This document shows, in pieces, positions 9,483-22,411 of a DNA stretch of 64,000 nt (position 1 is the first letter of the stretch; each line of letters starts with the position of its first letter). Position numbers and translations under genes: made by a program. The stretch lies in assembly GCA_964431835.1 (NCBI GenBank), contig CAYSKO010000006.1, positions 59,457-123,456 of the forward strand. The letters are read 5' to 3'. The DNA comes from an uncultured Planctomycetia bacterium. GTDB lineage: Bacteria > Omnitrophota > Gorgyraeia > 2-02-FULL-51-18. Under the pieces are notes generated by a model that saw only the letters and a program-made list of their open reading frames with translations, had not been told where the DNA came from and did not search any database.

Positions 9483-9772
9483 GGTATCCCGTTATTAGAA
9501 TCCGAGGATTATAACACAGGCGCGGTTCGAGTCAAGGACGAGGGAAATACTTGTTGCGCTTTGCCTAGGACGGTTGCTATAATTTCTTGAAATTTTTAAG
9601 AAGTTCGTTAAGACGTCACAAATAATAGCCTGTGGATAACTTGTTGATAATTTCCATAGGGCCGTGGTAAAAGCTGTGAACATCGTTTTATTAGTTAAGT
9701 TATTTAATTTCAATAGGTTAGAATATCAATATAAAACTTCTGAAGTGTTTTCCCCAGGCTACCTGTGGATAA
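9483..9772. promoter_or_regulatory. oriC: Candidate oriC / dnaA promoter region: AT-rich, DnaA boxes TGTGGATAA (9631-9639, 9764-9772) and TGTTGATAA (9642-9650), promoter TTGCGC-N18-TATAAT (9554..9583), AT-rich unwinding-element candidate 9675-9745
   Basis: Perfect TTATCCACA-complement boxes seen directly; the strand-orientation switch of flanking genes occurs here. Confidence 0.6.
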
Positions 9773-11153
9773 CCTGACGCATAGAGACGCGGAAACGCTC
9801 TGGGCGCAGGTTGTTTCCTCCCTCGCCAAGGAACTCTCTCCTCACGTTTGCGACCGTTGGCTTCGCCCCATCAAGCCTCTCGAGATCGCCGACGACACTC
9901 TTTTTTTAAGCGTCCCGGACGAATTCTATAAATCCTGGATCGTCGACCATTACGGCGGAATGATGAACGCGGCTTTAAAGGAAGCGGCCGACGCCGGCGC
10001 GTCGCGCTTCGACTTCCGGGTCGACGCCGATTCATCGTTCGCGGTCCCGGTCTCGGCCGCGCCCGGTCTTCCGACACCTTCACCGGTTCCCGCCGGCCCG
10101 AACACCCCGGCGCTTCAGCCGATCTTCGCCGGCGAAGTGATGCTGAACGGGAAGTACACGTTCGAGAACTTCGTCGTGGGCCCCTCGAACCGTTTCGCGC
10201 ACGCGGCTTCCATGGCGGTCGCCGAAAGCCCGGCTAAAGCGTACAACCCGCTTTTCATCTACGGCCCGGTCGGCCTGGGCAAGACCCATCTCATGCAGGC
10301 GATCGGCCAGGAGACGATGCGGAAGTCGTTTCAGACCCGCGTTCTTTATATTACGAGCGAGAAGTTCACGAACCAGCTCATCAACGCGATCAAGACCGGC
10401 ACCACCGTCAAGTTCCGCGAGAAGTATAGGAACGTCGACGTGCTTCTCATCGACGACATCCATTTCATCGCCGGCAAAGAGGCGACGATGGAGGAATTCT
10501 TTCACACGTTCAACGCGCTCTACGATTCGCACAAGCAGATCGTGGTTTCGAGCGACAAGCCCCCGAAGGAAATCAACAACCTCGAGGAGAGACTAATCTC
10601 GCGCTTCGAGTGGGGACTCGTCACGGACATCCAGGCGCCCGACTACGAGACGCGCGCGGCAATTCTCCGGAAAAAAGCGGAAAAAGAGAACCTCTACGTT
10701 CCCGATTCCGTCACGTCGTTCATCGCCGACCGCGTGAAGTCGAATATCCGCGAGCTCGAAGGCGCGTTGATACGTGTGGTCGCCTATTCCAAACTCGTGG
10801 GGAAGGAAATCGACGAGGCGGTCGCGTACGACGTCTTAAAGGACATGATCGTCGAGACGCAGAAAAAAATCACGGTCGATCTCATTCAGCGGCGGGTCGC
10901 GGAATATTTCGAGGTCCGGCCTTCGGACATGACCGCTAAGCGCCGCTCCCGGAACGTCGTTTTTCCAAGGCATTTGGCGATGTATCTTTCGCGCGAGATG
11001 ACCGGGCTTTCCTACCCTGAAATCGGCGAACAATTCGGCGGTCGGGACCACACGACCGTGCTCCATGCGTGCGAGAAAGTAAGGAAGGAAATTAAGAAGG
11101 ATCAGAAGTCTAAATCGCTTGTGGATAAACTCATGACTGAAATTCGCAAATGA
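9765..11153 (+). CDS. dnaA: Chromosomal replication initiator DnaA
   Basis: 462 aa; Walker A GPVGLGKTHL, AAA+ and C-terminal DNA-binding domain. GTG start at 9765 lies inside a DnaA box, so the start is uncertain (CTG 9774 is the alternative). Confidence 0.9.
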   Translation: MDNLTHRDAETLWAQVVSSLAKELSPHVCDRWLRPIKPLEIADDTLFLSVPDEFYKSWIVDHYGGMMNAALKEAADAGASRFDFRVDADSSFAVPVSAAPGLPTPSPVPAGPNTPALQPIFAGEVMLNGKYTFENFVVGPSNRFAHAASMAVAESPAKAYNPLFIYGPVGLGKTHLMQAIGQETMRKSFQTRVLYITSEKFTNQLINAIKTGTTVKFREKYRNVDVLLIDDIHFIAGKEATMEEFFHTFNALYDSHKQIVVSSDKPPKEINNLEERLISRFEWGLVTDIQAPDYETRAAILRKKAEKENLYVPDSVTSFIADRVKSNIRELEGALIRVVAYSKLVGKEIDEAVAYDVLKDMIVETQKKITVDLIQRRVAEYFEVRPSDMTAKRRSRNVVFPRHLAMYLSREMTGLSYPEIGEQFGGRDHTTVLHACEKVRKEIKKDQKSKSLVDKLMTEIRK

Positions 11154-11313
11154 TTCAGACTGTGGATAAGAAAGAGTTTGTCCACAACTTACGGGTCCAT
11201 TTAAACTAGGAAACTGCAGGGGTTATGGACTTAACCCCGGAACTCGAGCGCCTAGTACTAACACTGGTTATGGAAATCTATAAATCAAAATCGAAATAAG
11301 GCGGAGTGGATAA
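11120..11313. promoter_or_regulatory. dnaA-dnaN intergenic DnaA-box cluster: TGTGGATAA 11120-11128 and 11161-11169, TTGTCCACA 11178-11186, AGTGGATAA 11305-11313
   Basis: Seen directly; the last box abuts the dnaN start. Confidence 0.5.
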
Positions 11314-11314
11314 C

Positions 11315-12420
11315 ATGAAAATCGTTACGTCGAAGGACGCATTACTCAAGGGAATCCAAGCGGTGCAGAACGCGGTTAGCACCAAGGCGACCCTTCCGAT
11401 TCTTTCCCACGTCCTTTTGGACGCGAAGAAGGACGCGGTGCGTCTTGTGGCCACCGATCTTGAGATTGGTGTGTCCGTGACGATTGAAGGCGAAGTGGCT
11501 GAAGAAGGAGCGATTACGCTACCGGCAAGAAAGTTCAGCGAAATAGTGAAAGAGCTGCCGTCGCAGTTGCCGATCCACATCGCGATGAAAAAAGCGCAGT
11601 CGGTGAGTATCGAATCCGGAAAAAGTTATTTCAAGTTAAACGGGCTTTCGAAAGAGGATTTCCCACAACTTCCAGAGTTTCCGACGAATTTGAAGGCGAT
11701 CGACGCGGCGAAGCTTCCGCAGAAATTACTAAAACACATGATTCAGCTCACAAGTTTCGCGATGAGTCATGATGAGACGCGTTACGTGTTAAACGGGATC
11801 CTGTTCTCGTTTAAGGAAAAGGCGCTCAAAATGGTGGCCACCGATGGACGCCGTCTTGCGATCATCGAAAAAGCGGTTCCGGAAATGGGACAGTTGCGGC
11901 GCGATGCGATCCTTCCGATGAAGACGATTCAGGAATTAAATAGGAACCTATCGGACACGGGTGATGTGATTTTCTCGTTCAAGGAAAACCAGCTCCAAGT
12001 GAATCTCGGCGCGATCACGATTAGCTCGAGACTCATTGAAGGCGAATATCCGAATTACGAACAGGTTATTCCGAAGAAAACAAAAGAAGAACTGAAAATC
12101 GGAACGCAGGAATTCCTGCAAGCCACGCGCCGCGCGAGTATCCTCACGAACCAGGATTCGCAGTCGATTAAGATTAATATCATCAAAGATAAGATGATTT
12201 TGACCAAGAACACGCCAGAGCTCGGCGAAGTGCGCGAGGAACTCGATGTTGATTATAAAGGTGGGGAACTCGCGATCGGGTTTAACCCCGCGTTCCTCAT
12301 TGATGTTCTCAAAAATCTCGAGGACCCCGACGTGCGTTTCGGATTCATCGATCCCGAGAAACCCGCGGTTATTAAGAGCGGCGAGGATTACATGTACATC
12401 GTCCTCCCGATGCAAGTGGC

Positions 12421-12424
<4 letters not shown>
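11315..12424 (+). CDS. dnaN: DNA polymerase III beta sliding clamp
   Basis: MKIVTSKDALLKGIQAVQNAV with SD AAGGCGGA 10 nt upstream; the track GTG start at 11306 is inside a DnaA-box-like site. Confidence 0.9.
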
Positions 12425-15293
<2,869 letters not shown>

Positions 15294-15309
15294 AGGGTAG
15301 AGAAGAAAA

Positions 15310-17877
15310 ATGGCGGACAAGACCGACAACCAGTACACGCGGAACGAGAAGGTCATCCCGGTTTTCATCGAAAAAGAGATGAAGACCGCGTACCTGAACT
15401 ACGCGATGAGCGTTATCGTCGGCCGCGCGCTGCCCGACGTCCGCGACGGTTTGAAGCCGGTCCACCGCCGTATTCTCTACGCCATGAAGGGCCTCGGCCT
15501 CGATCACAACAAGCCCTACAAGAAATCCGCCAAGATCGTTGGTGAAGTGCTCGGTAAATTCCATCCGCACGGCGACTCCGCCGTTTACGATTCGCTCGTT
15601 CGCATGGTTCAGGATTTCTCGCTGCGCTATCCGCTCGTCGACGGCCAGGGCAACTTCGGCTCGGTCGACGGCGACTCGCCGGCGTCCATGCGTTACACGG
15701 AAGCGCGCCTGGCCGGAATCTCGAACGAGATGCTCCGCGATATCGACAAGGACACCGTCAACTTCGCGCCGAACTACGACGAGTCCGAAGAAGAACCGAC
15801 GCTCCTGCCGTCCGTGCTCCCGGGCCTTCTCTGCAACGGCTCGGCCGGCATTGCGGTCGGCATGGCCACCAACATTCCCCCGCATAATCTAAACGAAGTT
15901 TCCGACGGCATCATCGCGGCGATCGAGAACCCCGAGATCACGCCGAAGGAACTCATGAAATACATCAAGGGTCCCGATTTCCCGACGGGCGCCACGATCT
16001 GCGGCGTCGAAGGCATCAAGTCGGCGTACGAGACGGGCCGCGGCATCCTCAAGATCCGCGCGAAAGCGGCGGTCGAGGAATCGCGCAACGGCCGCCAGGC
16101 GATCGCGATCTCGGAGATCCCGTACCAGGTCAACAAATCGAACATGATTCAGACCATCGCCGATCTCGTGAACGACAAGAAGATCGAAGGCATCTCGGAC
16201 GTCCGAGATGAGTCCGACCGCGAAGGCATGCGTATCGTGATCGAGCTGAAACGCGACGTGAACGCGCAAGTCGTGATGAACCAGCTCTACAAGCACACGC
16301 AGATGCAGACCACTTTCGGCATCATTTTCCTGGCCCTCGTCGACGGCAGCCCGCGGGTTCTGAATCTTAAACAGATCATCGAAGAGTACATCAAGCACCG
16401 CAAGGAAGTGATCCTCCGCCGCACGCGGTTTGATCTCGACAAGGCCCGCGACCGCGCGCACATCGTCGAGGGACTGAAGAAGGCCGTCGACATCCTCGAT
16501 AAGATTATCAAGACCATCCGCGCCTCGAAGAACCCGGCGGAAGCCAAAGCCCAGCTCATCGAGAAGTTCGAGTTTTCGGACCGTCAGGCGCAGGCGATCC
16601 TCGAGATGCAGCTCCAGAAGCTTACCGGCCTTGAGATCCACAAGCTCGAGGAGGAGTTCAAGGAGCTCATGAAGAAGATCGACTTCCTCGAGTCGATCCT
16701 GAAGTCCGAGAAGAAGGTCCTCGAGATCATCAAGGAAGAGCTCGCGAAACTGAAAGCAGACTACGGCGACGAGCGCCGCACCGACATTTCGCGCTCGATG
16801 GACACCGAGCTCAACATCGAAGACCTGATCGCGGACGAGGCGGTCGTCATTACGATTTCGCACCAGGGCTACGTGAAGCGCCTCCCGGTCGGCACGTACC
16901 GCAAGCAGAAGCGCGGCGGCGTGGGCGTAGGCTCCGGCGGCCAGGAAGAGGACTTCACCCAGCAGCTCTTCGTCGCGTCGACGCACGACAACCTGCTTCT
17001 TTTCACGACCAAGGGCAAGGCGTTCGTCATCAAGGTGTACGACATCCCCCAGGCGTCGCGCATCTCGAAGGGCAAGTTTATCGCCAATTTCGTCTCGCTT
17101 TCGCAGGGCGAGAAGGTCACGTCCTACATGCCCGTGAAGAAGTTCGACGAGGGCATCTTCGTCGTCATGGTCACGAAGAACGGCACGATCAAGAAGTGCC
17201 AGCTGACCGATTTCGAGAACGTCCGAAAGAGCGGCATCATCGCGATCGGGCTCGATCCCAAGGACGAGCTCGTCGAGGCCGACCTCACGAACGGCAAGCA
17301 GCAGATCCTCATCGCCACCCGCGAAGGCCAGTGCATCCGCTTCGACGAGGACGACGTGCGCTCGATGGGACGCGCCGCCAGCGGCGTGCGCGGAATCACG
17401 CTCGACGGTAAAGATTACGTGATCGGCATGGAAGTGGTAGACTCGAAGGACGCCACGATCCTGTCCGTCACCGAGAAGGGCTTCGGAAAGCGCTCGATGG
17501 TCGACGAGTACCGGGTCACCGGACGCGGCGGCAAGGGCGTCACGAATATCAAGGTTACCGAGAAGAACGGCGAGGTCGTGGGCTTCAAACTTGTCACCGA
17601 CCACGACGACGTCATGATCATGACCAAAGAAGGCATGGTCGTGCGGTGCTCGGTGAAGGACATCCGCGAAACGGGCCGCGTGGCGCAGGGCGTCCGGGTC
17701 ATCAATTTGAAGAAGGACAACGACAAGGTCGTCGCCGTCGCCGAGGTCGAGCCCGAAGACGAGGCGATGGCGCAAGAGAAGCTGACCGAGGCCGAGAAGG
17801 CCGCAGCGATCGTGGAAGCCGAAGCCGAAAAGGCCGAGAAATCCGCGAAAGCCGACAAAAAGAAGTCGGACAAGTAA
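15310..17877 (+). CDS. gyrA: DNA gyrase subunit A
   Basis: 855 aa; [19 protein letters not shown], active-site region AMRYTEARL, GyrA-box beta-pinwheel repeats, acidic/lysine tail. Confidence 0.95.
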   Translation: MADKTDNQYTRNEKVIPVFIEKEMKTAYLNYAMSVIVGRALPDVRDGLKPVHRRILYAMKGLGLDHNKPYKKSAKIVGEVLGKFHPHGDSAVYDSLVRMVQDFSLRYPLVDGQGNFGSVDGDSPASMRYTEARLAGISNEMLRDIDKDTVNFAPNYDESEEEPTLLPSVLPGLLCNGSAGIAVGMATNIPPHNLNEVSDGIIAAIENPEITPKELMKYIKGPDFPTGATICGVEGIKSAYETGRGILKIRAKAAVEESRNGRQAIAISEIPYQVNKSNMIQTIADLVNDKKIEGISDVRDESDREGMRIVIELKRDVNAQVVMNQLYKHTQMQTTFGIIFLALVDGSPRVLNLKQIIEEYIKHRKEVILRRTRFDLDKARDRAHIVEGLKKAVDILDKIIKTIRASKNPAEAKAQLIEKFEFSDRQAQAILEMQLQKLTGLEIHKLEEEFKELMKKIDFLESILKSEKKVLEIIKEELAKLKADYGDERRTDISRSMDTELNIEDLIADEAVVITISHQGYVKRLPVGTYRKQKRGGVGVGSGGQEEDFTQQLFVASTHDNLLLFTTKGKAFVIKVYDIPQASRISKGKFIANFVSLSQGEKVTSYMPVKKFDEGIFVVMVTKNGTIKKCQLTDFENVRKSGIIAIGLDPKDELVEADLTNGKQQILIATREGQCIRFDEDDVRSMGRAASGVRGITLDGKDYVIGMEVVDSKDATILSVTEKGFGKRSMVDEYRVTGRGGKGVTNIKVTEKNGEVVGFKLVTDHDDVMIMTKEGMVVRCSVKDIRETGRVAQGVRVINLKKDNDKVVAVAEVEPEDEAMAQEKLTEAEKAAAIVEAEAEKAEKSAKADKKKSDK

Positions 17878-17890
17878 CCCACCTTTCAGC

Positions 17891-17968
17891 GACCCCATCG
17901 TCTAGCCTGGTCTAGGACATCACCCTTTCACGGTGATGACGCGGGTTCGAATCCCGCTGGGGTCGCCA
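17891..17968 (+). tRNA. tRNA-Glu (anticodon UUC), CCA encoded
   Basis: GACCCCAUCGUCUAG...CACCCUUUCACGGUG...GGGUUCGAAUCCCGCUGGGGUCGCCA; aligns position-by-position with E. coli tRNA-Glu. Confidence 0.8.
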
Positions 17969-17986
17969 TTTTTGATCGTTCCTTAA

Positions 17987-18024
17987 AAATCCAAGCCAAG
18001 GGCTTAATCCCGGGGCTTGGATTT
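17987..18024. repeat. 11-bp perfect hairpin AAATCCAAGCC-N16-GGCTTGGATTT just 3' of tRNA-Glu
   Basis: Seen in the sequence; no downstream U-tract on the + strand. Confidence 0.4.
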
Positions 18025-18222
18025 CTTCCCCCTAAGAGCGAGAACGGCGGCGCACCTTTTAAGAGGATGAGATCATGCTGGTTCAAATGAAGCTACTGCT
18101 TCTCGTCGGAATGGGGTTTCTTTTATACGGTCTCTTGTCGTGGGATCGGACGGTCCCCGAAAGCTCGTCCGGGAGAAGAAAACCCTGGCGAAAACCCGAA
18201 CATCGGCGCAGGGGATTGATTG

Positions 18223-18354
18223 ATGGGCGCCAGCGTGCCGTTCTCGGAAGTCCTTACCACTCGTCGCTTCGTGCACTCCCGCGAACAGGTTTGGGAGGCC
18301 TTCTCCGACCCTGTGAAACTCGCCGCACGGAGTCGAGGCCGACGAGAAGCTTAA
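18223..18354 (+). pseudogene. N-terminal remnant of an SRPBCC (AHSA1/polyketide-cyclase-like) gene
   Basis: 43-aa ORF MGASVPFSEVLTTRRFVHSREQVWEAFSDPVKLAARS... carries the SRPBCC N-terminal signature (R.F.a.re.vW.A.tDPe.L) then terminates; it overlaps the low-complexity track ORF 18075..18461. Confidence 0.4.
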
Positions 18355-18432
18355 AAAGTTCATCACGGCGGCTAACGAAGAAAACTTCGACCGCCTCGAA
18401 GCACTGCTACATAAAACATGAGGCGATAAAAA

Positions 18433-18987
18433 ATGAGTTTATTCCGGTTCGGAAAGCGTAAATATCTGGAAACGTGTCTCAACGATGGCAGGCTTTCGTT
18501 CGGCCCTGCCGAGTTCAAGAACCCCGCGAAGGTGGCCGCTCCCAAAGACGCCGGACGCTCGAAGCCGGCGACCGGTGGCGGTCTCGTGAAAAGTCCTGCC
18601 GAGCTTCGCGTCGATTACCACACCTACGGAAACACTCTGAAATATTATTTCATCTCGTTCGCGGGTACCTTCGACGAGAAGATGTATAAGGAATTCAAAG
18701 CCGACGCGTGTCTCGAAATCACGGACGAGCGGGAATTCGCGAATCGCCTCGACGCGGCTCTCAAGGAAATGAACTGGAAAGGCTGCCTCGGAAACGTGGC
18801 CTATTTCAATGCGAAGAAGCTCGCCGGTTTAAGCGATTCGACCGAAAAACTGTTTTCCAAGAACAGCGACTATAAGCTTCAAAAAGAATCCCGTATGGCG
18901 ATCCTTCCGCTAGATTTCAAAGAATTGGTGCGCGACCGGAAGGAAGTGATCGTAAAACCGTTGTCGGATATCGCCCGGTTCGTTTAA
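18433..18987 (+). CDS. Hypothetical cytoplasmic protein; N-terminal motif LFRFGKRKYLETCLNDGRLSFGPAEFKNP weakly recalls DUF2971-type proteins
   Basis: 184 aa; lower local GC than neighbours; no confident family assignment. Confidence 0.45.
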   Translation: MSLFRFGKRKYLETCLNDGRLSFGPAEFKNPAKVAAPKDAGRSKPATGGGLVKSPAELRVDYHTYGNTLKYYFISFAGTFDEKMYKEFKADACLEITDEREFANRLDAALKEMNWKGCLGNVAYFNAKKLAGLSDSTEKLFSKNSDYKLQKESRMAILPLDFKELVRDRKEVIVKPLSDIARFV

Positions 18988-19097
18988 GAAGGAACCCCAA
19001 GAACACGGCTGGATGTACGAGCGGAGCTTCGCGGATTTGAACGGGCACCAGTGTGAGCCGTTTTTCATCGAAGAAACCAAGATTACGAAAGGTTAAG

Positions 19098-19757
19098 ATG
19101 AAAAAAGAAGACAAGGTACGCAAAAGCACTTACTTCGTGCTGGGGTTAACGGCCGTTTATCTTCTGGCCGCGGGGGCGTACGCGGTGGCTACCGGGTCGA
19201 AGGAATTTCTTCTTTATCTCGCCGTGTCGCCGTTTATCGTGGGCGGGGTCGTGTTTCTACACCGGAAGCTCGATCTGCCCGTTTCCTTGCTTTGGGCGCT
19301 CAGCTTCCTGGGCCTCGTCCACTGCGTCGGCGGACTCGTCATGGTTCCGGAAAGCTGGCCGACCGACGGCAAGAAATGGCTCTACAACTGGTGGCTCATC
19401 CCCGACAAGCTCAAGTTCGACCAGGTCGTTCACACCTACGGCAACGCGATCGCCACGTGGCTCTGCTGGCACCTTCTGCGCTACAGCATCGCGCTCGTCG
19501 TGAAAAGAGAGATCAAGGACATCCCGGCGCGGCCCGTGTTCCTACTCATCTGCTTCCTCGCGGGCATCGGCGTGGGTGCGCTCAATGAACTCCTCGAGTT
19601 CGGCGCCTCACAGACCGTACCCGGGGACACCAACGTGGGCGGGTACGTGAATACGGGGTGGGATTTGGTCTGCAACACCGTCGGGGGGGTTCTGACCTGC
19701 CTCGTGATATGGCTCAAGCGTAAGGACAAGCCGCTCCCGACGCCTGCGTGCGTCTGA
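19098..19757 (+). CDS. Polytopic membrane protein, DUF2238-like
   Basis: Start at MKKEDKV with SD AAAGG; 5-6 predicted TM helices; the ORF-track start at 19053 is probably too early. Confidence 0.55.
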   Translation: MKKEDKVRKSTYFVLGLTAVYLLAAGAYAVATGSKEFLLYLAVSPFIVGGVVFLHRKLDLPVSLLWALSFLGLVHCVGGLVMVPESWPTDGKKWLYNWWLIPDKLKFDQVVHTYGNAIATWLCWHLLRYSIALVVKREIKDIPARPVFLLICFLAGIGVGALNELLEFGASQTVPGDTNVGGYVNTGWDLVCNTVGGVLTCLVIWLKRKDKPLPTPACV

Positions 19758-19881
19758 GGGACGGCGCATAACGCCTGAAAATGAAGTAGTTAAGTGGTAC
19801 AATAGCGCCACGCATTTCTATGCCGCACCGGATCGGCGCGGAGAAAATAAAGCAGGCGCCCATTAACTCTACTGGAGGCGT

Positions 19882-22335
19882 ATGAAGACCCTTTTCCGTC
19901 GACTTGCCGTACTGACCGCATTCCTTACCGTCCAGGCTCCCGCTTGGGCAAGCGAAGCCGATCTCCGGATCCCTGACCTCCGCGAAGGCCGCTTCGAGAT
20001 GTTCGGGGACCTCACAGGCTACCAGATCCTCCTTTACGGAGCGTTCATCATTCTGGGAACCGTCGGCCTCTCGATCTTCCAGTTCCTCGAGATCAAGAAG
20101 CTTCCGGCCCACCGTTCGATGCTTGAAGTGGCCGAGACGATCTACCAGACCTGTGTGACTTACTTGAAGCAGCAGGCGAAGTTCCTGATGATGCTCTTCG
20201 CGATCATCGCCTCGGCGATGTCCTATTACTTCATCGGCCTCCAGCACGAAACCTTCGGGACCCTCGCGCTCGTTCTCTTCTTCTCCATCGTCGGCATGGC
20301 GGGCTCCACGCTCGTCGCCTGGTACGGTATCCGTGTGAACACCTACGCGAATTCGCGCACCGCGTTCGCCTCGCTCCGTGGCATTCCGTGGGACGTCGTG
20401 AACATTCCGCTCCGCGCGGGCATGTCGGTCGGCCTTTTCCTGATTTCGGTCGAGCTCGTCATGATGGTCATCATCCTTCTTTTCGTGCCGCGCGACATCG
20501 TGGGCTACTGCTTCCTCGGGTTCGCGATCGGCGAATCGCTGGGCGCCTCGGTGCTTCGCATCGCGGGCGGCATTTTCACGAAGATCGCCGACATCGGTTC
20601 GGACCTCATGAAGATCGTCTTCCAGGTGAAAGAGGACGACCCGCGCAATCCGGGCGTCATCGCCGACTGCGCGGGGGACAACGCCGGCGACTCCGTTGGC
20701 CCCACGGCGGACGGCTTCGAAACGTACGGCGTCACGGGCGTGGCGCTCATTTCGTTCATCACGCTCGCGGTCAAGGACACGGACCTTCAGGCTAAGCTGA
20801 TCGTCTGGATCTTCGCGATGCGCTTCCTGATGGATTTCATGTCGGGCGTGTCGTACTTCATCAACAAGGCGATCTCGGAGAAAAAGTACAAGGGCCTCAA
20901 GGAATTCGACTTCGAAGAACCGCTCACGCGCCTCATTCAGATCGCGACGGTGCTTTGTATTTCGACCTCGTACGGCATGTCGTACCTTCTCATCGGCGAT
21001 CTTCCGGACGGGACGCTCTGGTGGAAGCTCGCTTCGATCATCACGTGCGGCACGCTCGGCGCGTTCCTGATCCCCGAATTCACGAAGGCCTTCACGTCGT
21101 CTCACTCGAAGCACGTGCATGAGATCGTGACGGCTTCCCGCGAGGGCGGGGCGTCGCTGACGATCCTCTCGGGCATCGTGGCGGGTTCGTTCTCGGCATT
21201 CTGGAAGGGGATACTGATCGCGGGCCTCATGTTCGTCGCGTACCTGATCTCGGGAATGGGCCTCCAGAACATCATGCCGTACGCGTCGGTGTTCGCGTTC
21301 GGCCTCGTGGCTTACGGGTTCCTTTGCATGGGCCCGGTGAATATCGCGGTCGATTCGTACGGCCCGGTCACGGACAACGCGCAGTCGATCTTCGAACTTT
21401 CGCAGGCCGAATCGATCCCGGGCATCGAGAACGAGATCCAGAAGGATTTCGGCTTCAAGCCCGACTTCAAGCAGGGCAAGCACTACCTCGAAGCGAACGA
21501 CTCGGCGGGCAACACGTTCAAGGCGACCGCGAAGCCCGTCCTGATCGCGACGGCCGTCGCGGGCGCGACGACGATGATCTTCTCGATCATCCTGATCCTC
21601 CAGGAGCACTTGCGCGCGGGTGCGGTGGCCGCGGCAAACGGCGGAATCGTCCCGGACAACATCGGCGAGATCCTTCTCAACGAGAAGCTTTCCCTCACGT
21701 CGTCTCCGATCCTCCTCGGCTTCCTGTGCGGTGGCGCGGTGATCTACTGGTTCTGCGGCGCGTCGATCCAGGCCGTCACGACGGGCGCGTATTCGGCCGT
21801 CGAGTACATCAAGAAGAACATGAACCTGAAGATCAAAGAAGCCAAGCGCGAGGATTCGATTACGGTCGTCCGCATCTGCACCGAGTACGCGCAGAAAGGC
21901 ATGTGGAACATCTTCCTCGGCCTTCTCGCGTTCACCCTCGCGTTCGCGCTTTTCGACCCTTACTTCTTCATCGCCTACCTCATGGCCATCGCCGTGTTCG
22001 GCCTCTTCCAAGCCATGTACATGGCGAACGCGGGCGGCTCGTGGGATAACGCGAAGAAACTCGTCGAGGTGGACCTGGGCGAGAAGAACACGCCGCTCCA
22101 CGCGGCCACCGTCGTCGGCGACACCGTCGGCGATCCGTTCAAGGATACGACTTCCGTTTCGCTCAACCCGATCATCAAGTTCTCGACGCTCTTCGGCCTT
22201 CTCGCCGTCGAGATCGCGATCAAGATGAATCCGGCGACGACGCGCATCGCAGGGACGGTCTTCTTCCTGGTGGGTCTCTTCTTCGTTTGGAAGTCCTTCT
22301 ACGGAATGCGTATTCCCGAGAAAGTAAAAGCTTAA
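19882..22335 (+). CDS. hppA: Membrane-bound proton-translocating pyrophosphatase (V-type H+-PPase)
   Basis: 817 aa; pyrophosphate-binding motifs DCAGDNAGDSVGPTADGFETYGV and VGDTVGDPFKDT; ~16 TM helices. Confidence 0.95.
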   Translation: MKTLFRRLAVLTAFLTVQAPAWASEADLRIPDLREGRFEMFGDLTGYQILLYGAFIILGTVGLSIFQFLEIKKLPAHRSMLEVAETIYQTCVTYLKQQAKFLMMLFAIIASAMSYYFIGLQHETFGTLALVLFFSIVGMAGSTLVAWYGIRVNTYANSRTAFASLRGIPWDVVNIPLRAGMSVGLFLISVELVMMVIILLFVPRDIVGYCFLGFAIGESLGASVLRIAGGIFTKIADIGSDLMKIVFQVKEDDPRNPGVIADCAGDNAGDSVGPTADGFETYGVTGVALISFITLAVKDTDLQAKLIVWIFAMRFLMDFMSGVSYFINKAISEKKYKGLKEFDFEEPLTRLIQIATVLCISTSYGMSYLLIGDLPDGTLWWKLASIITCGTLGAFLIPEFTKAFTSSHSKHVHEIVTASREGGASLTILSGIVAGSFSAFWKGILIAGLMFVAYLISGMGLQNIMPYASVFAFGLVAYGFLCMGPVNIAVDSYGPVTDNAQSIFELSQAESIPGIENEIQKDFGFKPDFKQGKHYLEANDSAGNTFKATAKPVLIATAVAGATTMIFSIILILQEHLRAGAVAAANGGIVPDNIGEILLNEKLSLTSSPILLGFLCGGAVIYWFCGASIQAVTTGAYSAVEYIKKNMNLKIKEAKREDSITVVRICTEYAQKGMWNIFLGLLAFTLAFALFDPYFFIAYLMAIAVFGLFQAMYMANAGGSWDNAKKLVEVDLGEKNTPLHAATVVGDTVGDPFKDTTSVSLNPIIKFSTLFGLLAVEIAIKMNPATTRIAGTVFFLVGLFFVWKSFYGMRIPEKVKA

Positions 22336-22350
22336 GAAGTCCGGTCTTCA

Positions 22351-22386
22351 AGCGCCCGAGGGGCCAAACCCCCCGGCGCTTTTTTC
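22351..22386 (+). terminator. Rho-independent terminator after hppA
   Basis: AGCGCCCGAGGGGCCAAACCCCCCGGCGCT followed by TTTTTT. Confidence 0.6.
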
Positions 22387-22411
22387 TCCTCGTCCAACCC
22401 CTGAGGTTCCC

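Noticed and set aside
18990-19050. Possible frameshifted continuation of gene 18433..18987 (frame +1 reads ...KEPQEHGWMYERSFADLNGHQCEPFFIEETKITKG)
   Set aside because: Only 35 codons, no recognisable similarity to the upstream product; cannot be distinguished from noise without homologues.
19714-22101. 795-aa minus-strand ORF antisense to hppA
   Set aside because: Arg/Asp/Glu-rich low-complexity product; hppA carries diagnostic pyrophosphatase motifs.
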